Shown: positions 25,195-34,432 of the stretch, one piece after another | How positions within the stretch are numbered: the stretch's first letter is position 1 | How the letters are laid out: every line of letters begins with the position of its first letter | Assembly: GCA_973895155.1 (NCBI GenBank) | Contig: OZ316894.1 | Coordinates: forward strand, 19,134,805 to 19,198,804 | Direction: 5' to 3' | Origin: Marsupella aquatica | Lineage: Eukaryota; Plantae; Marchantiophyta | Length of the DNA: 64,000 bases | Made by a program: the position numbers and the translations under genes | Notes under the pieces: model-generated | What the model saw: only the letters and a program-made list of their open reading frames with translations | The model's database searches: none | Told to the model about the DNA's origin: nothing

Positions 25195-25375
25195 ACAGAA
25201 ATATATATCAATGTGCCCAAGGGCAAAAAACGCCGAACCGGGAGACATGATCCCAATGGCAAGGCAACCCAATGAAGGGAAGGAACGAGGGGAAAGGGCC
25301 CCAAGAAAAACAAGTCAAGGGGACCCCAAGCAAAACCCAACAAAGAAGCCAGAGCCGAAAACAGGATTGTCATGC
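25195..25375. repeat. Dispersed repeat, probably a retroposon 3' tail on the minus strand; homolog at ~37525-37690
   Basis: TATATCAATGTGCCCAAGGGCAAAAAACGCCGAACCGGGAGACATGATCCCAATGGCAAGGCAACCCAATGAAGG aligns by eye with TATATCACACCGCCACAAAGCAAAAGGCGCTTAACCCTGAGATACAATCCCAAAGGCAGGAGACCCAATAAAGG at 37528. Confidence 0.55.
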
Positions 25376-26146
25376 CGAGGGACAGTGCCGCTTGTGCACA
25401 TCGGCATGTCCCTCGCATGCCCGCTAGGTATGGTTAGGGCTAGTGTACTACTTGAGTTAGTGTCATGTTCTTGTAGCGTGTCTGGGCTGTTCTTGAAGCA
25501 AAAGGGGTTTGTTAGTGTGACGCCTGGACCCGGTCCTACTTAGGGCATGTTTTTCTTTGTCGTTCTTCAGTTCTTCTTGAATCGTTGTGAGACAGTTTTT
25601 CAGAGGCTGCTCGTTGGTTCCGTACACGGAATTCACACAGTGATTCGTTAGATGCTCCCGGCCGATCTTGGCATCTCGCCGGTTTTCGATTCGATTTCAG
25701 TACGTTTGTTTCTATCACGCCTTTTATTCAAGAAGAACTCTGTCGCCGGGTTAGCGGTGAAGGGAAGAAGATCGAAGACGCTGTGCTTCTCAATTGCTCG
25801 AGACAGTTGACGCTTTTCCGCTGATGCCGGTGCAATTTCTATGGAAAAACGTTGAGCGATGGGGTGGAAGTTATGGCTTTTGTGTATACACTTAAGTATA
25901 TACACTTAAGTCAAACAGGCCCCCCCCCTCACTTTTTTCCTTCCACTTTGCTTTCAGGGTTTTCCATTTCCCGGCCACGGCTGCCATCCTGCATCGGCTG
26001 CCGCGCGACAACTTCCGCATTGCCTCGGCCACCGTGCGACTGCTTCTCGACTACATAGGGCCTCGCGCCCATTTTCTTTTCGCCCTTTGCTGCCATTTTT
26101 GCCTTTGCCTCGCCCATTTTCCTTCCTTCTTTTCCTTACCGTTATC

Positions 26147-26563
26147 AGCAATTAAAGCACTTAGATGAAGGGGGAGCGAGTGTGCAAGGAGAGGGCACGA
26201 GGCCCTATGCTGCAATTTAAGGAGGGGAGGGGAGCGAGTGTGCCAGGATAGGGCACGAGCCCCTATGCTGCATTAAAGGGGGAGGGGGAGTACCTACGAC
26301 TCCCTTCTCGGGAGTCCTCCTGCAGGGCACGAAGCCCAGATAGCAGCATTAAAGAGGGGGGAGACAGAGCCGAGGCAGCGCAAGGAGTGGGCACAAGGCC
26401 CTATGAAGAATTAAAGGGGAGAGGGGGAGTTCACGTCGACTCCCCTCGGGAGTCCTGCCAGGCACAAGGCACCCAGCACATTTAAGAGGGGAGGGGGAGC
26501 TCGTAGCCCCACCTCTTCAGGAGCTCATAAGGAGGGGGGTGCGAAGCCCTATGCACAGGGCTC
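26147..26563 (+). repeat. Six-unit repeat/variable-spacer array in the retroelement 5' leader
   Basis: Each 55-80 bp unit is TTAA(A)-G-rich(GGGGAGGGGGA)-variable middle-GG(G)CAC(G/A)A(A/G)GCCC-TATGC-like. The hairpin motif occurs at ~26193, 26251, 26325, 26389, 26461 and 26537. Confidence 0.85.
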
Positions 26564-29500
26564 ATTTCTTTTTCTTCGCCTCACTCTTCCCGTTTTCTTT
26601 TCGCCTTTTTCGGCTTGTCTCGCTTTTTCGCCGCGCGACGATCGACCTGTTTCCATCTCTCGGGTCCACATCGGGCTGATGTGTATACACTTCAGATTCT
26701 GTGTCCCACTTGGCCCGGTTTTCTTTTCCCGCTGACGCGCACCTCTTTGGTTTCCCTTTTCCTGCCAGTTTTTGGGTCCACATAGGGGCCCGATGTATAC
26801 ACTTAAGGGGGGGGGCCACTTCTAGTTTCTTTTCCCGGATTTCTTTATTGCCGCCAACATTAAGCCTTTCCCGAGTTTTTAAGGGGTTTTCCTTTGCCGA
26901 CGATTTTTCTTTGTGACGGTTTTTCTGTGTGTTTACACATTTGACACATTGCTACCTTGTACCGTTTGTCTCCTTTGTGGGTTTTATTTCCTAGCCTTGG
27001 GGCTGCCATTCCTTTTTCTTGTCAATTTCTTTCCCATTGGCACCCCGGGTGAGCATGCAGCATGTCAGCCGACGAGCCGAGAGGTAGCAGCTCATCGCCA
27101 CCGACACCCCGGTACCACTTACAGAGTGATCCATGACCGTTGGTGCCAATTTCATTGGAGTCTCGGCAATTTCGACGACGTCAGCAGACAGCAGCAGCAC
27201 CCACACCACGCAACCCTTCTGCTACATTTGGCGGTCGCTTCACCTCTACCCCGAAGCTTGCTATCACTTCTTTGCCTTTTTCTCCTTCTGCATCAGTGAT
27301 TGTTCCAGCTTCACCGACATACAGCATGGATGCCAGTCACTCATCTGGCCGCATTGAGCGCTTCAGCAGGCGGCCAGGCACTGTCTCTTTGCGTGAGTTC
27401 AAATCCACTTTCTACATTGTCGTTTACGAATTGGAGTTGAAGTATGGCAGCAATTTCACAAATGCTTTTGCATTTAAGCAGCTAGCCAGGTATGTGCACC
27501 ACGAGGCTTTGGATGTGTATGAGTAGCATTCTCAACGGCTGCTTGCTGTCACACAATTGCCTAACCCTGCCTATGCCACTGCAATTGCGGCTGCCTCACA
27601 ACTGGCATTACAGAATGCCATTGCAGCCCATGTTGCTGCTCCTGCCACTTCCCCTCCTACTCTAGTTCCCACCACTGCACCAGTTACTCCCACTGTCTTG
27701 GCACAGGCTACATCAGGCATTTCTCCCACCATTGATTCCCCTGCCTTTGCTGATCCAGTGGCTGAGTTTTTCCAGGTTCTTGAATTGGAATTCCCAATCA
27801 AGAGTGCTGACAAAATCATGCAGTTGGCCACCTTTGTGAGGCAGCGCGATGAAACATTGAAGATGCTATATCGCCGGCTTCTCAAGCTGAAGGAAGACAC
27901 CCAGAGCATCACTGACCTGGAAGCTGCTCATCGCTATCTTCGCGCATTGGAGGGCACACCAGCTCTCCATTCGCAAGTGTTGCAGCAAGTATTCTCAGAG
28001 TTTGGAGACAGCTACACCCTGCTCAATGTCTATGATACTGCTGAGAAACTTGAGTTGGCCCATGCACATTATGAGGCCAGTATTGCGCGTCCACCGCGAT
28101 CCAGGTACCAGGCTGCTGCCCCTACACTGCCCACCCCTTCTTGTGTGCCACAGTATGGTTCCAAGACCAAGCCAGCACATGCTGCTTTCATGCTGCCATC
28201 TTGCAACTACTGTGGTAACCCCAATCACAAGGCTAATGAATGTGATATTGTTGCTGAGGACCTGTCTTGTGATTTTTGCGGGAAAGTGGGCCACTTGGAG
28301 GCAGTTTGTTTTGCCAAATTCCCCGAGAGGAAGCAGCTACGACAGCAGGCCACTCATCCTACTCCTGCTTCCACTCCCCCACCAGCTAGGAAGGCTCCTA
28401 CTACATCAATTGCTCCTCCTTCCAGTGGCAAAGCATCCAATGCTAACAAATTGCCCAAGCAGCCACAGAAGCAACCAGCTCAGAAGGAGGCTCACAACGC
28501 ACAGGCAACTCAACTCCAGTCTCTGACTCATGAGGTTGAGTCCTTACATGCCCAACTTGCCAACATCAAAGGCAAGTCCACTACCTCTGCTGGTCCTTCT
28601 CAACCGGCTGGTCACGTGCAACCCATCCCTGGCCCAGGCACCACTGACAGTTCAGCACCTCTACCCCGCTCTTTCTATGGCTTGCCATTTGATGCTCATA
28701 TGGGTGAGTGTGTGCTGTCCTCTGCTACACAGCCTGGCCTTGTCGCAGAATTTTCAGATTCATTCTGCCCTTCCTATTTTGCTTACCAGCAGGCCAGTGC
28801 TGCCTCCCGTATTGCTCCCACACGCCGCATTGTACAGGCTGATGGTCTTGCTGCTGGTCCTATGACTAGAGCCGGGGGAGCTCGGGCTGTCATGCCCCAA
28901 TCTTTTCAGCCACTCACACTTGCTGAAGAGCGCACCTTGTTGGCGAGGGGGGAGGGAGCTGCAGCTACATCCATTCCACCACCAAGTGCTGTTGACATTT
29001 CACAGGGAGCTGTTTTTCCTAAGCTGCTTGAGCATTTCACCTCCGGTATGGCACAAAGGATTCTTACCACTCCACTTTTCAGTTGCCATGATTTACAGCT
29101 GGATGCTAGAGCTGTCATCAGAGCGCTAGAGGGCTCACTGCATTCTTCATCAGCCCCTATGACACCGGTTTTGGAGGTCCAATCTCATGTAAATACTGGA
29201 CCTTCTTCTTCTCCATTGCATGCTTCCACTGGTTTGGCTATCCCAGTACCGATTTCCAGTGGTAGAGATGACAGTATTGCTGCAGATTGTGTGACCAGAG
29301 CTACACTTGATTCTGGTCATGCTGCTCCATCTTTCCTGGCTATGCTGTTGAGTGAGAAGACTGTGGACACTAACTCCCTTCACAAGGTACCTCATCATTT
29401 GCCAAAGGTGGTGCCTAGTGACAGGACTTTAGTTTCCACCACCATTGCCATTGTTGACAACAGGAATTCAGCAGTCAAGTTGGAGGGTCACACTCCTCAG

Positions 29501-30178
29501 GAGGTCATGCTAGACACAGGCGCTCAACCAGTAATCTTGGGCATTCAGTTTGCCAAGGAGATGGGACTACTGACTGATCATTTACAGCAATCCAGGTGGC
29601 ACATTCGGACTACTAGTGGCACTGTGGAGGATGTGTTGGGTGAGAGTTCTACTTTACTCACTCTCACTTTTAATGGAGGTACAGATCAAGAATTGCATTT
29701 CCCAGTCCGATGTTTGGTTACCAATGCCACTACGTATGATGTGCTCATTGGCCAGGAGGCTTTGTTCCCACCAAGTTTTACCATTGACAACTGGCATGAG
29801 CATGCATACTACAGAGTTGATTGGCATACGGATGACTCACACTTGGGCTACATTCCACTTGATTTACATGGTGCCCATACCCCTATGGCTCACCACTGTG
29901 TGTTGAAAGCAGTGCACACAGCTACCTATGTCAACCACCCATTGCAGGATTGGATTGAGGAGGATGATGATGAGGTGGCTGCTGCACATGCTGCTACACG
30001 TATAGCAGCACTTTCCAGCAACGTGGATCATCAACCAGAGGTGGTACAACGGCTCCAAGCAGCCCATGGACCTTTAGTGGCTGCATTGCGCAAATTTGAG
30101 GACCTTGGGCAGCACAATGGACAACCAATAGCCCCAATCTTGAGCGCACCAGTTACATGGACTCCTCCTTCAGATGGC

Positions 30179-31120
30179 CTTACATTGCTTGAGCTTTTTG
30201 GTGGCATTTCTACAGGCCTGGAAGCTCTCCTACAGTCTGGCATGGTGGTGAAGCAGTACATCTATGTGGATATTGATCCAGGTGCAAGGCAAGTGTCTGA
30301 ATCTCGTCTGCTGGAATTTTCAGAGCGATTTCCCCAGCAGTTTCCACATAGTGTATGGAAGTCTGCATTTTCTTTCTTCCCTCCAGATATCCAGCTTGTC
30401 CAGCACCGGCACTTAACCCTTCTTGGCTCCCTTGATTTGATCATAGCTGGTTGGGAATGCCAAGGGTTTTCAGCTGCTGGTCACGGTGCTGGACTGCATG
30501 ATTCTCGTTCTGGCCTTTTCACAGCATTGGTTCAGATTCTCACCTGGGCTCAATCCCTTTATCCTGCTGTTGGTTATATCATTGAGAATACTCCATCTCA
30601 GTTTGACCAGCGTCCACAGGTCAAAGAGGATTTCAGTGTGGTCCAGCACTACTTGGGACCACCCCTTCTCATTGATGCAGTGCACTGTGGTTCTTATGCA
30701 CATCGTCTTCGTAACTTTTGGACTAACCTTGCACCACCTTCCTTGTTGGAGTTGGCTCTTCACCACACATCCAGGGACACTAACCTTACAGTGGACCAGA
30801 TTTTGGATCCTGACAGTTCTTGCCAACCAGTTACACGGCAAGAGCCAGCACCTTGGTATCCAGCCAATACCATTGGACAACCCCGTGCTGCTTGGCCTAC
30901 ATTTGTGTCCTTTCCAGGTGCACATGCTTTTCAGGGTGATGGTCCTGGTCTGGTTTATCGACATTCTACCAGTACATGGGATGAACCTAGTCCTGAGGAG
31001 AGAGAACGGGCTATGGGCTTCCAACCCGGTACTACAGGTCACACCAAAATCACCAGGCTGGCCAGGAATGCTTTACTTGGCAGGGTAATGGATCTCAATG
31101 CTCTCACTTGGCTTCTGGTC
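30179..31120 (+). other. DNMT3-like C5 cytosine DNA methyltransferase domain embedded between protease and RT
   Basis: Motif I LELFGGISTG (DNMT3A LSLFDGIATG); II YIYVDID; IV DLIIAGWECQGFS (Cys codon 30458); GLHDSRSGLF; VI YIIENT; VIII IDA...AHRLRNFWTNL (DNMT3A IDA...AHRARYFWGNL); IX EERERAMGF; X TRLARNALLGR (DNMT3A SRLARQRLLGR). Motifs are in canonical, non-permuted order. Confidence 0.93.
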
Positions 31121-34100
31121 ACTTGCATCCTTTTTCAGATGTACATTCCTCCAGTATTAGGAGCTCCAGCCTTACCACTCCACAGTGCTGCTGCATGGCA
31201 TCCAGACCAGGTGCACTTACCTCTGTCCAACACTCACCACTTCAGTCCAAGTGTTGGGGGGGAGGAGGTCCCTTGTAATGCGGCTGACATTATTTCTGAG
31301 TTTCATGGTGTGGACCACTTCAGATCAGCAGGTACAACAGGCCTTGGAGAGGCCTCATCACCTTATCAGCAGCATGCTAGCAGCTTGGACAGTGGAGAGG
31401 CTGGCACTTCTGGCTCTTCAAGCACAAGTACATCAGGTCCTGTTCCTAGTGTTGCCAACTACACATTTATCATGGGCAACCACCTAAGTAAAAGACAGAA
31501 GGACCAGCTGTTGAATTTGCTCCTCAAGCATGAGAACGTGTTTGCTTTCTCTATGAAGGACTTGGGTAAGTGCAAGACTATGCAGTTCTCCATTGAGTTG
31601 GCTGATGAAACACCTATCTTCAGGCGGAGACACCGTTTGAGTAAGCATGAGTGGCAGCTGGTGGATGAGAGGTGCCAAGAGCTTTATGAAGCTGGTCTTA
31701 TTCAGCCATCTACATCAGATTTTGCGGCAGCTACAGTGATGCCAGCAAAGAAGGATTCCAGTGGATTGTGGACAGAGAAGCGCATGTGTGGGGACTACAG
31801 GCCATTGAACCTGGTCACAGCCCAGGACAGGTACCCCATGCCGCGGCCAGAGGAGCTATTTGACAGCATTGGAGACTCAGACATCTTCACTCTTGTGGAT
31901 CTAAGGCAAGGCTTCAACCAGATTTTGCTGCTTGCAAAGGACCGCAAGAAAATAGCTTTCCATGGTAGTAACCAACTATGGGAGTGGTTGGTGATGCCAT
32001 TTGGCTTGAAGAATGCGCCCATATTCTTTCAAAGAGTCATGGACCAGGTTCTTCAAGGTGCTGAGTTTCTGAAATGCTACATTGATGATGTGTTGGTCCA
32101 CAGCAAAGGATTTGACCAGCATCTACTTGACCTTGAGGAGCTATTCATAAGGCTTAAGAAGGTGAACCTAAAGATACACCCCAAGAAGTGTGAATTTGCT
32201 GTCAGATCAGTAGTATATCTTGGGCATCGCATTCTTCCAAATGGAACCATGGCTCACTGGGCCAAGGTGGTATCCATCTTGGAAATGCCCACTCCTACCG
32301 ATGTTCACACTTTGAGGAGTTTTATTGGGTTGTGCAATTACTACCGGATCTACATCAAAGATTTCAGTACCATTGCACACCCATTGTATGCTTTGTTGAA
32401 AAAGAATGTGACTTGGACATGGAGTACAGATGTTGAGGCAGCATTTGCCACTTTGAAGGAGAAGCTATCAGAATACCCGGTGCTGAGAAGACCTGATTTC
32501 AACAAGGTCTTTGTGCTACACACAGATTGGAGTGCCCTTGGGATTGGTGCCATTCTAGGCCAGCATGGTGAGGAAGGTAAAGAGTACGTCATTGCCTATG
32601 CATCCAGGAGCAACAATCAGGCAGAGAGTCATTATTCTTCTTATGAGGGTGAATGCCTTGCTGTTGTGTGGGCTGTCATATATTACAGGCCCTACCTCTA
32701 TGGGACCAGGTTTGTTCTCTACACCGACCACCAGCCCTTGAAGTGGTTGATGACCAACGACAAGCTTACTGGCAAGCTTGCTCGTTGGGCACTCATACTC
32801 CAAGAGTATGATTTTGAGGTAATTCATAGGCTTGGTGTGACACATCAAAATGCTGACACTATGTCCCGCAGCCCTTTGATTGCCTCTGATGATCCCTCAG
32901 ATGCACGGCAGGATTTTGACCAGGTTTCCATCCTGCCTACATTTCATGCATCTACCTATCTTGCTTTGCTGCCATGCTACATTGTTGACCAACCTGTGGT
33001 GGACATATGGGAGGACAGCGACACTCTGAGATTTCTGCAGGATGGGGAGTAACCCACCCATGTTACTGCTGCCCAGAGAGACCGAATTCAACAAAGGTCC
33101 AAGCGCTACTTGTGGAAGGGAGATCATCTTGTGCGCTGCTTGCCAGACAGGGAAGTGGTGGTTCCACCCATTCATGAGAGGGTTGGCCTTATCCGTAAGG
33201 TACATTCTGAGCTTGGTCATTTTGGTGTTAAGAGGACTTATAGCCTCTTGGTCCCCCATTATCATTGGAGAGGCATGCATGGCCAGGTTCGAGATGTTAT
33301 TGCCCGGTGTGAGCAGTGTGATAGGGTAAGGACTTCTTTCGCATCTCGGCAACCCACACTTCATCCACTCCCTATTCAGGGCATGTTTTATCGTTGGTCA
33401 TGTGATTTGGCTGGAGAATTACCCCTCACATCTCGGGGTAATCTCTACATCATGATCATGATAGAGCATTTCTCCAAGTGGATAGAACTTGTGGCATTGC
33501 CGGATAAGACCTCCCGTAGCACCAGCCAGACATTCTTGCAACAAGTTCTCAGCCGCTTTGGAGCTTGTGCAGAATGTCTCACTGACCAGGGCTCAGAGTT
33601 TAGAGGAGAGTTCCAGGAGCTGCTTGATCAGGCTCTCATTGATCATCGCCGGACATCACAAGATCACCCACAGGCAGATGGCTTGGCAGAGCGCATGGTT
33701 CAGACATGCAAGAAGGGCCTTCGGAAGATCTGCCTCACCAAAAACAAGGAGGATTGGGACCTGGCCTTACCCTACATTGCCATGGGGTATAGGATGTCCA
33801 GACATGCATCACTGTCTAACTTTTCTCCCTACTTCTTGTTGTTTGGTCGTCACCCAGTTCCACCTTCTGCTATTGCTTCTCACATGCTTCAGGTGGTGGA
33901 CTTGGATTCAACTGTGACTTGGTCTGATGTGATCTCTGAGAGGGCTGCCCTATTCAGGAGGGTTATGCCCATGGCCATGGAGAATTTGGCCATTGCACAG
34001 CACAGGGACACACTGCGTTATGCACACACACGAGGGGGCACTTTTCAGCCCAAGGTCAGGAAGTTTGAAGTGGGAGATTTTGTGTACTTGCAGTGGCAAG

Positions 34101-34297
34101 CTAACGACACCCTGGACACCTCTACCAGTCGCACTATTCTCAAGGTCAAAGCTATTCGACCGTCTGGAGTGCTAGAGTTACAAGGGGCAGATGGGCGCAC
34201 AATTGCTGACAATGCCAAGAATTGCACCCCTTGTCATCTGCCTAACTTGGATCCCACCATTGTGACTTCTACTTGGATTCCACCTGTGGACTACCCT

Positions 34298-34432
34298 TGC
34301 AAAGTGTGTTTGCGAATTGATGATGCTGACCAGATGCTGCTGTGTGACAATTGCAATGGAGGGTACCATCTTTTCTGCCTTCGGCCTGAACTTACCCAGG
34401 TGCCAGAAGGGTTATGGTTTTGCCCTTCTTGT
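34298..34432 (+). other. PHD finger (C4HC3) at the integrase C-terminus
   Basis: CKVC-x11-CDNC-x4-H-x2-C-x14-CPSC with the typical LLCD, P.L..VP.G.W.C signature. Confidence 0.93.

Noticed and set aside
26147-26563. Twister ribozyme interpretation of the leader array (minus strand reads TAATGCAGC...hairpin...GCA)
   Set aside because: The conserved GA after P2 is CA, the T1 pseudoknot partners are not complementary and no P1 can form. No hammerhead core (CUGANGA...GAAA) is present either.
26147-26563. CRISPR array
   Set aside because: Eukaryotic context with no cas genes. The repeats are degenerate and bipartite, and the middles are related to one another (units 1/2 and 3/5).
30179-31120. Host DNMT3/DRM gene with a TE inserted beside it
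   Set aside because: The domain is intronless and in frame inside Pol, between protease and RT, with no host-type N-terminal domains.
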